From: a bacterium
GTDB taxonomy: Bacteria > Patescibacteriota > Microgenomatia > Curtissbacterales > GWA2-41-24
Direction: 5' to 3'
Assembly (NCBI GenBank): GCA_021813945.1
Contig: JAKAJD010000002.1
Span: 173,936 to 237,935 of the forward strand
Length of the DNA stretch: 64,000 nt
Within the stretch, counting starts at the first letter, position 1. Each line of letters starts with the position of its first letter. Below are positions 18,565 through 29,133 of this stretch, piece by piece. Made by a program: the position numbers and the translations under genes. The notes below the pieces were generated by a model. That model was not told the origin of the DNA. It searched no databases and saw nothing but the letters and a program-made list of their open reading frames with translations.

Positions 18565-19521
18565 GTGAAGAAAACGAAAAAAGATAAACCCAAATTACTT
18601 GTAATTTATGGGCCAACAGTCACAGGCAAAACAGCTCTAGCCATTAAACTGGCCAAAAAATTTAATGGAGAAATCATTTCCGCAGACTCCAGGCAAGTAT
18701 ATAAGGGTTTAGATATCGGAACAGGAAAGGTAAACTTCAGCTCAAAAGTTGAAAAACATCAAGGTTACTGGATTGTAGATGACATAAAAGTTCACGGTTT
18801 CGATGTTTTAAATCCCGGAAAACAATATTCGGTCTCAGAATTTATTGATTACGGATCAAAATCCGTCACAAGCATCACAAAACTTGGCAAGCTACCTATA
18901 TTAGTTGGTGGCACGGGCTTTTATATTAAATCTTTCCTTTATGGTCTTGAATCGCAAGGTATAAGAAAAAACACAAGACTGCGGAATTCTTTAAGTAAAT
19001 TATCTGCCTTACAGCTTTTTGAAAAGTTAAGAAAACTAAATCCGCAAAAGGCAGCTTCATTAAATAGGTCGGACGTCAATAACCCTAGACGCTTAATAAG
19101 GACAATAGAAATCGAAAAATCAACTTCCAAGCAAGCAAACCTTAACACGCAGCGATTTGTAGGAAAGATTAAAATCATTGGTCTTACAGCTCCAAACGAA
19201 TATTTATATAGAAAAGCAGATAAGTGGTTAGAGGATCGGCTGAAAGCCGGCCTGGCTGATGAGATAAAAAAACTTATGGAAACTGTTGATTCCCACTGGC
19301 TTTCGTCTTTAGGTTTGGAATATAAATGGTTAGCGCTTTCTTCTCTAGGGAAGAAAGAAACAGTTGAGGCCATCAAAAGATTGAAAGGTGATATTCACGC
19401 TTACATCAGACGTCAAAAAACATGGTTTAAACAATTCAAAAATATAATGATTTACGACATTTCTAAAAAAGAGGAAACAGAATTGGTTGTGAGAAATATT
19501 GAAAATTTTGTTAAGAATTGA
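18565..19521 (+). CDS. miaA: tRNA dimethylallyltransferase
   Basis: GPTVTGKT, ISADSRQVYKGLDIGTGK, VGGTGFY, YIRRQKTWF. Confidence 0.96.
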   Translation: MKKTKKDKPKLLVIYGPTVTGKTALAIKLAKKFNGEIISADSRQVYKGLDIGTGKVNFSSKVEKHQGYWIVDDIKVHGFDVLNPGKQYSVSEFIDYGSKSVTSITKLGKLPILVGGTGFYIKSFLYGLESQGIRKNTRLRNSLSKLSALQLFEKLRKLNPQKAASLNRSDVNNPRRLIRTIEIEKSTSKQANLNTQRFVGKIKIIGLTAPNEYLYRKADKWLEDRLKAGLADEIKKLMETVDSHWLSSLGLEYKWLALSSLGKKETVEAIKRLKGDIHAYIRRQKTWFKQFKNIMIYDISKKEETELVVRNIENFVKN

Positions 19522-19564
19522 CTGAAATTGCGCTTTTCGGCAAAGCTGAGCTATACTCGATTGG

Positions 19565-20596
19565 ATGGAAAACAAAAACAGGATAGTAAAAATCGAAATT
19601 TCTACAAAAACTATTTTTACTGCGATAGGTATTCTTATTGGACTTTGGCTTCTTGTAAAAATAAGAGAAATCATCATCCTCCTTTTTGTTTCTCTAATTT
19701 TGCTTTCTGCGCTTTCCAGGCCTGTCGATTGGTTAGTTGCAAAAAAAATACCACGACTTTTGTCAGTCATTTTAGTTTACATCGTCATCATCCTTTTAAT
19801 TATTGCTGTAATAGGTATTATTGGTCCTCTTTTGGTAGTCCAAACGACAGAATTTATCCACAGACTTCCCGTTATAATTTCCACCATTAATGAGTTTTTA
19901 GCCTTTAATAAAATTCCGACTCAAAATGTAACTCAGATAGTTGAACAACAGTCCCAAAGATTAGCTGGAGATTTAGTTTCGATAACAACAACGATCGTTT
20001 CTAGTTTTGTTTTAGTAGTAACCATTTTTGTTTTAACTTTTTATTTACTTTTAGAATGGAAAAATTTTCTCAAATTTATCGCTTCACCTTTCAACGGGAA
20101 ACAAGAAAAGAAAACCTTAAATGTCATATCACAAGTAGAAAAGGGATTAGGAAGTTGGGTGAGGGGTCAGCTCACACTCTCTCTTGCAGTTGGTGTACTA
20201 AGTTACATAGGACTGCGCATAATCGGAATTCCTTTTGCCTTACCTCTTGCCTTAATATCCGCACTTTTGGAAATAGTACCAATAATTGGCCCAATTATGG
20301 CAGCCATTCCGGCAATTTTAGTCGGACTTACCATTTCACCCCTAAGCGCATTGGCAGCAGCTGCGGTTTTTTTCTTAGTTCAACAGCTTGAAAACCATTT
20401 GATTGTTCCCGTTATTATGTCTCGCGTAGTTGGTCTTCAACCACCAATCGTTATTATCACACTTTTGATTGGAGCGAAGCTCTATGGCATCGGAGGAGCA
20501 TTCTTGGCAGTGCCATTTGCAATATTGCTTAAAATCATTGTTCAGGAAGTATTAATGAATCGAACTGAACTTAATGAGGAATATAGCGATAAATAA
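19565..20596 (+). CDS. AI-2E family transporter
   Basis: Multi-TM; WVRGQ, EIVPIIGP, QQLENHLIVP motifs. Confidence 0.88.
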   Translation: MENKNRIVKIEISTKTIFTAIGILIGLWLLVKIREIIILLFVSLILLSALSRPVDWLVAKKIPRLLSVILVYIVIILLIIAVIGIIGPLLVVQTTEFIHRLPVIISTINEFLAFNKIPTQNVTQIVEQQSQRLAGDLVSITTTIVSSFVLVVTIFVLTFYLLLEWKNFLKFIASPFNGKQEKKTLNVISQVEKGLGSWVRGQLTLSLAVGVLSYIGLRIIGIPFALPLALISALLEIVPIIGPIMAAIPAILVGLTISPLSALAAAAVFFLVQQLENHLIVPVIMSRVVGLQPPIVIITLLIGAKLYGIGGAFLAVPFAILLKIIVQEVLMNRTELNEEYSDK

Positions 20597-20599
20597 TAT

Positions 20600-20954
20600 G
20601 CTTCTGGGAAGGGAATAAGCCAGATTCTGTATTAACGATCATCTGTCTCAAAATGACGCTTTGCCACTTTGCCCCGCTTTAGGCGGGATGCCCCTATTTA
20701 GAACCTTCCGGAAACTTGGTTTGCGGTTCATTTCTGGGTTGCAGCAGTCAGGATTGCCCGTTTCACACCTACTCGTCTCTGTTGCTCTCCCAAAAGGTTA
20801 ATTCCCTTCAGGTTTTAAAAGCCGCATATAGGTAAAGCTTTTAAAAACTAGCGCTTACACGTCGGAACTTACGTCCCGTGACTTGTTTCCTGCTGTCTGG
20901 ACTTTCCTCTCCTCGCTATTACAGGTGAAGAGCGACCGTTTTCTTCCCAGAAGC
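20600..20954 (-). ncRNA. rnpB: RNase P RNA
   Basis: Minus strand GAGGAAAGTCC...GCAACAGAG...GTGAAAC...ACAGAATCTGGCTTA; terminal P1 helix GCTTCTGGGAAG/CTTCCCAGAAGC. Confidence 0.93.
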
Positions 20955-21032
20955 GAAGCAAATTTTACCAAAAATCAGCATATTTCTCAAGTTAAATTGA
21001 CTATTTGTCAAAAAAGTGCCGATAATATATAA

Positions 21033-21224
21033 ATGGCGAAAAAGGCTAAGACTTTGCTTAAGAAAAATGTACTTTCTAGATCACTTATTGGTCTAACGCT
21101 TGTAATTGCACTAGTTGCAGGCTTTGAAGCTGTAACACAAAATGATTTTACAACCCTAGCCCCGACCCAACTATTTGTCGTTGCGGCTGTTTTCGGAATA
21201 CTCGGCCTCTACACAAAAGAGTAG
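21033..21224 (+). CDS. Small two-TM membrane protein
   Basis: 63 aa, two hydrophobic segments, promoter-like elements upstream. Confidence 0.6.
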   Translation: MAKKAKTLLKKNVLSRSLIGLTLVIALVAGFEAVTQNDFTTLAPTQLFVVAAVFGILGLYTKE

Positions 21225-21280
21225 GACTTGGAATGTCCATCTCTCTAAGGTAAACTTACACTACAAATCTGCTCAAACGT

Positions 21281-21973
21281 ATGCCAAAAAAAATACCTAT
21301 TGTAGTTTTAATTGGCGGAGGTTCAAAATTACCGGCCCTTATTCAAGCAGCAAAAGAAAAGACGAGTAAATTTGAAATAAAACTCGTCGTAAGCCACAAA
21401 GCTTTTTCTCCGGGAATAGAGATTGCCTTAAAAAATAAAATTCCAGCAGTATATTTTAATTTACCAAACTTTAGAAAAAGACTTTTTGCAGGCGACCAAA
21501 AAGGAAAAATTGATTATCAAAAAAACTTAGGCTGGTTCATAAGTCAGGATCAATATGCACCTGAACTTTTGGTTTTTGCTGGTTGGGATTTGATATTGGA
21601 CAGAAACTTCTTCGATTTCTTCAAGTGCAGCTTTGGAAACGGTTTTGCAGCCATAAATCTTCATCCAGCAATTTTACCCAAAAAACAAGAAGGTCAAAAT
21701 ATAAAAATGCCTGATGGTGAAATGACACCAATCATTAAGGGAGAGCAATCAGAGGTTTTACAAGAAGTATTAAAACAAAAACTTTCCTATTTTGGCCCTA
21801 CCGTACATTTTATGGATGCTGAAGGATACGACACTGGTGAAATAGTTGAAAGGGAATTTATAAAAGTTGGAGATGCTAAAACTATTGAAGATCTAAGAAA
21901 AAAGCTTATGCCCGTCGAAGACAGAATTCTCATCTCATCAATAAATAAAGTCATAGATAAATACCTCTTATGA
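21281..21973 (+). CDS. purN: Phosphoribosylglycinamide formyltransferase (divergent)
   Basis: VVLIGGGSKL, INLHPAILP, GPTVHF, YDTGEIV; first gene of the pur cluster. Confidence 0.8.
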   Translation: MPKKIPIVVLIGGGSKLPALIQAAKEKTSKFEIKLVVSHKAFSPGIEIALKNKIPAVYFNLPNFRKRLFAGDQKGKIDYQKNLGWFISQDQYAPELLVFAGWDLILDRNFFDFFKCSFGNGFAAINLHPAILPKKQEGQNIKMPDGEMTPIIKGEQSEVLQEVLKQKLSYFGPTVHFMDAEGYDTGEIVEREFIKVGDAKTIEDLRKKLMPVEDRILISSINKVIDKYLL

Positions 21974-23271
21974 TAAAAAAAACCGTTTTGGTAGTAGATG
22001 GCGGCGGCAGGGGATCTGCACTTGTTAAAAAATATTTGCAAAGCAAATCGGTAGGGCAAGTTTTAGCAACCCCGGGTAATGATTTAATGCTTCTTGATAA
22101 AAAAGTCAAAGTTTTTCCAAATGTTAAAACTACGGATGCCCAGAAAATTCTCAAAATCTGCATAGCCGAGAAAGTTAATCTAGTTGATGTAGCACAAGAC
22201 AATGCAGTTGAGGCAGGTGTCACAAATCTCCTTTTAAAAAATCACGTCTATGTTTTTGGCCCGACAAAAGAAGCAGGACAAATCGAATGGGATAAGTCAT
22301 GGTCTAAAAATTTCATGAAAAAATACAAAATTCCGACTGCAAAATTTAATGTTTTCAATTCCGAAAAGGCTGGTATTGACTTCATCAAAAACCAAAAAAA
22401 CTCGAAATGGTATGTAAAAGCATCAGGCCTAGCAGCAGGTAAGGGTGCTATCTTTGCTTCGAATAATAAAGAAGCGGTCAGTGCTATCAAAGAAATAAAA
22501 AATTTCGGTAAGGCAGGGGATACTTACGTTATTGAGCAGTGTTTAGAGGGTGAGGAATTTTCATCATTTGCTGCAGTTTCTGGTCAAAATTTTCTGATTT
22601 TGGGCCACGCCCAAGACCATAAAACGGTTTTCGATAATAATCAGGGACCAAATACCGGAGGGATGGGTTGTTCGTCTCCACCATTGGTAATAACTTCAAA
22701 AATCGAGAAACAAATTACGGATATATTTAAAAAAACAGTTAACGGACTAGTCAAAGAAAAACGGCCATACTTTGGGATTTTATATTTAGGCGGCATTATA
22801 GAAAAAAATGGAAAACTAAAAGTCATTGAATTTAACGCAAGATGGGGTGATCCGGAGGCGCAAGTTATAGTACCTTCATTAAAAAACGATTTTTATGATT
22901 TGGCAAAAAAAGTAATAGAAGGCAATATAAAAAAGATAAAAATCGAAAGGGAAAAGGGTTACAAAGTAGCGGTAGCTGCCGCCTCTAAAGGGTATCCTAA
23001 TGACTACCAAAACGTTATTGGCAAAAAGATTGTGGGTCTTGAAAAAATTCTCAAATTAAAAAACGTTGAAATTTTCGGAGCCGGCGTCAAAAAATTAGGG
23101 AAAAATTTTCTTGCGTCTGGCGGTCGGCTTTTTTATGTTATGGCAACCGGGAAGAATGTTGCAGAAGCTAGAAAAAAAGCCTATAATGCCCTCTCTTTAG
23201 TTTCTATTGCCGGTGGAAATTTGCATTATCGCCGTGATATAGGCTACAGAGATCTTAAAAGAATCGAATGA
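21970..23271 (+). CDS. purD: Phosphoribosylamine-glycine ligase
   Basis: KASGLAAGKG, QDHK...GPNTGGMG, EFNARWGDPE, GGR. Confidence 0.96.
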   Translation: MIKKTVLVVDGGGRGSALVKKYLQSKSVGQVLATPGNDLMLLDKKVKVFPNVKTTDAQKILKICIAEKVNLVDVAQDNAVEAGVTNLLLKNHVYVFGPTKEAGQIEWDKSWSKNFMKKYKIPTAKFNVFNSEKAGIDFIKNQKNSKWYVKASGLAAGKGAIFASNNKEAVSAIKEIKNFGKAGDTYVIEQCLEGEEFSSFAAVSGQNFLILGHAQDHKTVFDNNQGPNTGGMGCSSPPLVITSKIEKQITDIFKKTVNGLVKEKRPYFGILYLGGIIEKNGKLKVIEFNARWGDPEAQVIVPSLKNDFYDLAKKVIEGNIKKIKIEREKGYKVAVAAASKGYPNDYQNVIGKKIVGLEKILKLKNVEIFGAGVKKLGKNFLASGGRLFYVMATGKNVAEARKKAYNALSLVSIAGGNLHYRRDIGYRDLKRIE

Positions 23272-26096
23272 TTTTTGAAGTTAGGGTTAAATCAAAAGCA
23301 GAAACAGACGCAAAAGGTGAAGCACTTCTTGCGGAAATTAAAAAGACATTAAATATTCACTCAATCGGAAAAATCCAGAGCGCCAAAGTTTATCGCCTCG
23401 AAAATATAAAAAAAGAAGATTTAATAAAATTCTCTAAAATTGCTCTTTACGAAGAAATAGACCAAATAGCAACATACAATAAACCGATTTTTCCAAAAAC
23501 TGCAAAAGTATTGGAAGTTGCCTATAAACCCGGTGTTATGAATCCGGAAGTAGCTTCTATTTTAAAAGTCTCAAACGATTTAAAGATTAAGATAGAAGCC
23601 TGTGATTCTTCTTGGGAATATGCTTTTTTCGGCCCTGTCTCAAAATCTCAAATTGAAAAAATAACTAAAAGGTTGTTGGTCAACGACACAGTTGAAACTT
23701 TAGTCAAGCAGGTTCCCAAAACTTTAAAAATTTCAGGCACTGCTCAAAAAGTTCAAATAATTCCAATCCGTTCATTCAATAATCAGCAACTGATGGATTT
23801 ATCTCGGGACAAATTATTTTTAAATCTTGAAGAGATGAAAGTCATCCAAAGCTATTTTGCGAAAATAAAAAGAGACCCAACTGATTGTGAACTGGAAACT
23901 CTTGCACTTACCTGGTCCGAGCATTGCGGTCACAAAACATTCCGAGCAAAATTAACTATCGACGGCAAACAAAAGGAATCGTTTATTTCTCGCATTAAAA
24001 AAACGGCCAAAAATAATCAAAAATTAATTGTTAGCGCTTTCGATGACAATTCTGGTGTTATAGATTTCTATGATGGCTGGGCGATATCTGGAAAAGTCGA
24101 AACACATAATTCTCCATCTGCAATCGAACCATACGGAGGTGCGATGACAGGTTCCGGCGGCGTATTTCGCGATATTTTGGGAACAGGCCAGGGTGCAAAA
24201 CCGGTTGTCTCAACTGACGTTTTCTGTTTCGCTCCGCCTGATTTGGCCGCCAAAGATCTTCCCCCAGGCTGTCTGCCACCGGAATATTTACTTCGAAAGG
24301 TTGTTTATGGCGTCAGGGATTACGGCAATAGGGTCGGGATTCCAACCAACAACGGATCAATACACTTTCATCAAGACTTTCGTGCCAAACCGACAGTTGC
24401 TGTCGGATCTTTCGGCTTAATAGAAAAATCAAAAGCAAAAAAGGGCAAACCAAAATTGGGCAATTTAATTTTAACTTTAGGTGGTGCAACAGGCCGCGAC
24501 GGAATCCATGGCGCAACATTCGCATCCGGAGAAATGACAGATAGAACAATTAACGTTTCAGGATCTGCAGTCCAAATCGGAAATGCAATTGAAGAAAAGA
24601 GGCTTATCGATGCGATTTTAAGGCTTAAAGAAGAAAATCTTATCTGCGCGATAACGGATTGCGGGGCGGGCGGATATGCATCGGCAATCGGCGAAATGGC
24701 CAAAGAAACTGGAGCTGAAGTTTATCTAGATAAGGTCCCTCTTAAATACACAAATCTTGCCCCATGGGAAATTTTCCTTTCCGAATCGCAGGAACGAATG
24801 GTACTTGCAATTAATCCAAAAGATCTTAAAAAAGTTCAAAAGATTTGTGAAACGTACAATGTTCCAAATAATGTAATCGGGAAGTTTACCTCTAACAAAA
24901 AACTGATTATTTATTATCAAAAACAAATAGTATGCAACTTATCTATGGATTTCCTTCACGACGGCCTTCCTCAACGGAAAATGATTGGTAAAACAAAGTC
25001 AAAATACCAGAATAATAAAATTAGGAAAAATTCAAAACCAATTAATATCGAAAAAATTTGGCAAAAAGTTATGGCTCATGGAAATGTGTGTTCAAAGGAA
25101 CCAATAGTTAGAATGTATGACCATAATGTCCAAGGAACCGCGGCGCTCCATCCTTTTTCCGGCCAAAATTTTGACGGCCCAAACGACGGCGCAGTGATCC
25201 GTCCAATTCTGGCTAAACCTTATGGTCTCATCATCACCCACGGTTTGAATCCGCAGCTCAATTCCATAGACCCTTATTTGGGAAGCGTTTGGGCAATTAT
25301 GGAAGCGGTTGCTAACTTTGTCTCAATCGGAGGAAACCTGAAAGACGCGGCCTTAGTGGATAATTTTATTTGGCCTTTTCCTGACGAGGAATCATTAGCA
25401 GATCTGGATAAATCTGTCGATGCCTGCCTGGATATGGCGAATCTTTTGAAGATGCCATTTGTTTCGGGAAAAGATTCCCTTTCCTCAACTTACAGATACC
25501 CCACGGGCAAAGTATTAAAAATCCCTCCCGTCCTTTTGATTTCTGTTTTTGGAAAAATTCCCGACGTTTCGAAAACAGGAAGTTCCGATTTTAAAAAAGT
25601 CGGATCAACCATAGTTTTAGTTGGTAAAGGAGATTTCGGAAATCTTGGCGGCTCAGCATATTTTGATGCCATAAAATCAGAAAGCAGCAATATTCCAAAA
25701 CCGGATCTCTCATCAGCCACCAAAGTTTTCTCATCAATAACTTCGGGAATCAAATCATCAAAAATTCTTTCATGTCATGACATTTCCGAAGGTGGTTTAG
25801 CAACAGCACTTGCGGAGATGTGCTTCGGCGGAAATTGCGGTGCTGAAATATCAATCAAAGGTTTCAAATATCCAGATCATCAAATATTATTTTCCGAAAC
25901 ACCCGGCACATTTCTAGTCGAAGTGGAAAATGAAAAAGCAGCCAAAAAACTTTTTGCAAAAGTACCTAATACAATTTTAGGCAAAACCATTAAGTCAGAC
26001 ACAATCATAGTTAAAGGCTCAAAAACAATAAAGGTTAGTGCCAGCTCATTAAAAAACTCCTGGCAAAAACCGATGAAAGAGGTGTTTAATGGTTAA
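23268..26096 (+). CDS. purL: FGAM synthase PurL with N-terminal PurS-like repeats
   Basis: WSEHCGHK, ETHNSPSAIEPYGGA, DCGAGG, SESQERM, SGKDS, HDISEGG. Confidence 0.95.
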   Translation: MIFEVRVKSKAETDAKGEALLAEIKKTLNIHSIGKIQSAKVYRLENIKKEDLIKFSKIALYEEIDQIATYNKPIFPKTAKVLEVAYKPGVMNPEVASILKVSNDLKIKIEACDSSWEYAFFGPVSKSQIEKITKRLLVNDTVETLVKQVPKTLKISGTAQKVQIIPIRSFNNQQLMDLSRDKLFLNLEEMKVIQSYFAKIKRDPTDCELETLALTWSEHCGHKTFRAKLTIDGKQKESFISRIKKTAKNNQKLIVSAFDDNSGVIDFYDGWAISGKVETHNSPSAIEPYGGAMTGSGGVFRDILGTGQGAKPVVSTDVFCFAPPDLAAKDLPPGCLPPEYLLRKVVYGVRDYGNRVGIPTNNGSIHFHQDFRAKPTVAVGSFGLIEKSKAKKGKPKLGNLILTLGGATGRDGIHGATFASGEMTDRTINVSGSAVQIGNAIEEKRLIDAILRLKEENLICAITDCGAGGYASAIGEMAKETGAEVYLDKVPLKYTNLAPWEIFLSESQERMVLAINPKDLKKVQKICETYNVPNNVIGKFTSNKKLIIYYQKQIVCNLSMDFLHDGLPQRKMIGKTKSKYQNNKIRKNSKPINIEKIWQKVMAHGNVCSKEPIVRMYDHNVQGTAALHPFSGQNFDGPNDGAVIRPILAKPYGLIITHGLNPQLNSIDPYLGSVWAIMEAVANFVSIGGNLKDAALVDNFIWPFPDEESLADLDKSVDACLDMANLLKMPFVSGKDSLSSTYRYPTGKVLKIPPVLLISVFGKIPDVSKTGSSDFKKVGSTIVLVGKGDFGNLGGSAYFDAIKSESSNIPKPDLSSATKVFSSITSGIKSSKILSCHDISEGGLATALAEMCFGGNCGAEISIKGFKYPDHQILFSETPGTFLVEVENEKAAKKLFAKVPNTILGKTIKSDTIIVKGSKTIKVSASSLKNSWQKPMKEVFNG

Positions 26097-26862
26097 ACCA
26101 AATGTTTGCATCCTAAGATCCGACGGCGCAAATTGCGACGAAGAACTATATTATGCTTTTGAAAAATTTGGTGCCAAACCCCAACTTGTTCACGTAAACG
26201 AACTTCGCAATAAGTCTAAAAAACTCAAGAATTTCCAAATACTGGCTCTTCCCGGCGGTTTCTCATATGGTGATGATATTGCCAGCGGCAAGGTGTTGGC
26301 AATCGAACTTGTAAGTTTCTTGGGAGAAGAAATCCGAAATTTTGTCGCAAAAAAAGGTTTAGTTTTAGGAATTTGTAACGGTTTTCAAACTTTGGTCAGG
26401 ACGGGTCTTTTGCCATTTAACAATTTTGGCAAAATGGACGTGACTTTAGCCCAAAACGACAGCGGCCATTTTGAATGTCGATGGGTAAAAATTAAAAACG
26501 AAAAAAGCAAATGCGCATTTTTAAATCATAAGGATCCAATCGATATTGCGGTAAATCACGGTGAAGGAAAATTCTATGCTGACCAGAAAACAATCAAAAA
26601 AATCGAAGACGAAAACTTGGTCGTTTTCCGATACATCAACAGTCAAGGCAAACCCACACAAAAATACCCGGAAAATCCTAACGGATCAATTAACGCTATT
26701 GCAGGCGTGTGTGATCCGACTGGTAGAATTCTTGGCATGATGCCACATCCGGAAAAATTTATAAACATCACTCAACACCCAAACTGGCGCCGCCAAAAAT
26801 TCACAAAACCCCACGGGGCATTTATTTTCGAAGATCTGATTTCGTATGCAAAGAAAAATTAA
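26089..26862 (+). CDS. purQ: FGAM synthase glutaminase subunit
   Basis: PGGFSYGD, GICNGFQ, HGEG, NPNGS, MMPHPE. Confidence 0.96.
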   Translation: MVKPNVCILRSDGANCDEELYYAFEKFGAKPQLVHVNELRNKSKKLKNFQILALPGGFSYGDDIASGKVLAIELVSFLGEEIRNFVAKKGLVLGICNGFQTLVRTGLLPFNNFGKMDVTLAQNDSGHFECRWVKIKNEKSKCAFLNHKDPIDIAVNHGEGKFYADQKTIKKIEDENLVVFRYINSQGKPTQKYPENPNGSINAIAGVCDPTGRILGMMPHPEKFINITQHPNWRRQKFTKPHGAFIFEDLISYAKKN

Positions 26863-27739
26863 TAAACTGAAATCGCTAAAATCTACGCGCTTAATCACGA
26901 TGGAAGCGCTCTATCAGGCGTTGAAAAAAGTTTTAGTAGAAAATAAACCTGTGTCAGAAATAGATTTAAAGAAAGAATGGCTAAAGGAACTTCAAAAAAG
27001 TAGGGAAATATTTAAGAATGGTTGGTATGTTCCTCCACCCAATGGAATTGCAATCATATTTGCTCAAGACAATAAACCCAAAAGAACACAATTTCGCAGC
27101 CTTCGTTTTAAAGAAAATTTTCCTCAAAACAACATATTTCTGGACAAAAACAGAGGCATTATGATTCTCTATGCTTCTCCGGTTAGCAAAAAGACAGGAA
27201 TTATCGGAGATTTTGGACTTACATTATATTTTGGGAGTGCGCCTGAAGTGACAAAGCACATTAAAAATATCTTGAGTATACAAAAAAAAGTTTTTAACTA
27301 TGCAAAGCTAGGTATGTCTTTTTCTACGCTCTACAAATATGCAGACGGGCTTTTTAAGAAAAATAGTTTATCAAACGATTGGTGGCTTAATGTAACTGAT
27401 CCATCCGGTAGAAATATGGGACACACATCTCCTTCAACAGAAAAAGACTGGAGCGACAAAGAATATAAACTTCTAAATAATGCTAATAAAAATTGGAAAA
27501 ATACAGCTACTATGATCAGCAAAAGAAGGATATTTTTTAGCCCAAAAGAAAAATCAGTAATAAAAAAAGGACTTGCATTTTCCATCGAAAGCAGATTAAA
27601 AAAAGTTGGTGATCCGAATTTTCCAGTAGTATGGTTTCACTCTGTGGCAATTTTCCAAAAAAGCGGTAAAAAAGAATTCTTGACAAACTTTGATAAATTA
27701 TTCAAACTGGCTGGGATGAATTACGCGCTTAATTATTAA
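26846..27739 (+). CDS. Divergent M24 (pita-bread fold)-like protein inside the pur operon
   Basis: GDFGLT, NMGH and SIE segments are spaced like M24 metal ligands; overlaps purQ and abuts purM. Confidence 0.5.
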   Translation: MQRKINKLKSLKSTRLITMEALYQALKKVLVENKPVSEIDLKKEWLKELQKSREIFKNGWYVPPPNGIAIIFAQDNKPKRTQFRSLRFKENFPQNNIFLDKNRGIMILYASPVSKKTGIIGDFGLTLYFGSAPEVTKHIKNILSIQKKVFNYAKLGMSFSTLYKYADGLFKKNSLSNDWWLNVTDPSGRNMGHTSPSTEKDWSDKEYKLLNNANKNWKNTATMISKRRIFFSPKEKSVIKKGLAFSIESRLKKVGDPNFPVVWFHSVAIFQKSGKKEFLTNFDKLFKLAGMNYALNY

Positions 27740-27742
27740 AAT

Positions 27743-28837
27743 ATGAAAAAAATTTCTTACAGCAAAGTTGGAGACAACTACGACACAAAAGATCCAATTA
27801 AAAAATTGGCGCAAGTTGCAGCGCGTCAAACGAAAATTAGCGAAGCAGATTTTAAAGAAATAACCGACACTAGAGGAGAATCGGCTTTTGTCTGGCAGCA
27901 AGGAGCGGCTTTAATGGCGTCTGTAGTTGAGGGTTTGGGAACAAAAAATCTCGTTGCAGATGAAATGAGAAAAATAACTGGCAAAACTTATTACGACGTA
28001 ATCGGTTACGATACCGTTGCGACAATTATTAACGACCTGATAACGGTTGGCGCAAAGCCAAGAGTGGTTCACGCATATTGGGCTATTGAAGACAACGGTT
28101 GGCTTCAAGACACTGAAAGGATGACAGATTTTATAAAAGGATGGAAAGATGCCTGTCAGGTTTCGATGGCCGTATGGGGCGGAGGAGAAACGCCAACATT
28201 AAAAGGAATAGTTGAAAAAAACACTGTTGATTTAGGCGGCTCCGCAATCGGCGTTATAAAAAATCCAAAAAATTTAATTACAGATAGAAAACTAAAATCA
28301 GGGGATAGAATTCTACTTTTTAAATCAAACGGTATTAATTGCAATGGTTTGTCGCTTGCTCGGGCAGTTGCCAAAAAACTAAAAAACGGTTACGGTGAAA
28401 AATTATCAAACGGCCAAACGTATGGAGAATCAATTCTCACAAAAACAAATATTTATGCAAAGCTAATACAAGATTTACTCTCAGCCGGTATAGATATTCA
28501 TTACATATCCAATATCACAGGTCACGGACTTAGAAAAATCATGCGGGCTCGCGGTAACTTTACTTATGTAATTGAAAAACTTTTTAACCCTCAGGAAATA
28601 TTTTTATTCATCCAAAAGCACGCAAATTTAACGGATGATGAAATATACCAAACCTTAAATATGGGCCAAGACTATGCAATCTTCATCGACAAAAAAGACG
28701 TCAAAAAAACGCAAGACATAGTCAAAAAAAACAAATTTGAATCAATTGATGCTGGGTATATCGAGTCAGGACCACGTCAAGTAATCATCAAACCCAAAAA
28801 AATTAAATTTTCATCAGAATCACTAGATTTAAGATGA
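27743..28837 (+). CDS. purM: AIR synthetase
   Basis: EGLGTK, INDLITVGA, GGGETP, SNGINCNG, NITGHG, TLNMG. Confidence 0.9.
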   Translation: MKKISYSKVGDNYDTKDPIKKLAQVAARQTKISEADFKEITDTRGESAFVWQQGAALMASVVEGLGTKNLVADEMRKITGKTYYDVIGYDTVATIINDLITVGAKPRVVHAYWAIEDNGWLQDTERMTDFIKGWKDACQVSMAVWGGGETPTLKGIVEKNTVDLGGSAIGVIKNPKNLITDRKLKSGDRILLFKSNGINCNGLSLARAVAKKLKNGYGEKLSNGQTYGESILTKTNIYAKLIQDLLSAGIDIHYISNITGHGLRKIMRARGNFTYVIEKLFNPQEIFLFIQKHANLTDDEIYQTLNMGQDYAIFIDKKDVKKTQDIVKKNKFESIDAGYIESGPRQVIIKPKKIKFSSESLDLR

Positions 28838-29091
28838 GTGAGACATTAATAGAAGAAATAGAGACAATAAAAGAACGTAATAAGAGGGTGGAAAAAGACA
28901 AAGCCTGGGAAACAAGTTGGACGAGAAAAACTGCGATTGCAGTAACAACCTACATTTTAATTACAATTTTTCTAATAATCATCAAGGTCGAAAAACCATT
29001 TCTTTCCGCAATAATACCGGCTATTGCCTATCTCGTTTCAACGGCTTCACTAGGAATCCTCAAAGACTGGTGGCTTAAAAACCAAAAATAA
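28834..29091 (+). CDS. Small two-TM hypothetical protein
   Basis: 85 aa, translationally coupled to purM; RNKRVEKDKAWETSW followed by two TM helices. Confidence 0.7.
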   Translation: MSETLIEEIETIKERNKRVEKDKAWETSWTRKTAIAVTTYILITIFLIIIKVEKPFLSAIIPAIAYLVSTASLGILKDWWLKNQK

Positions 29092-29133
29092 AATTCATTT
29101 GACTTTCGTATTTACTTCGGGTATACCTAGCCC

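Noticed and set aside
21225-21280. Purine, ZTP or PRPP riboswitch ahead of the pur cluster
   Set aside because: The spacer is too short and no aptamer consensus is visible
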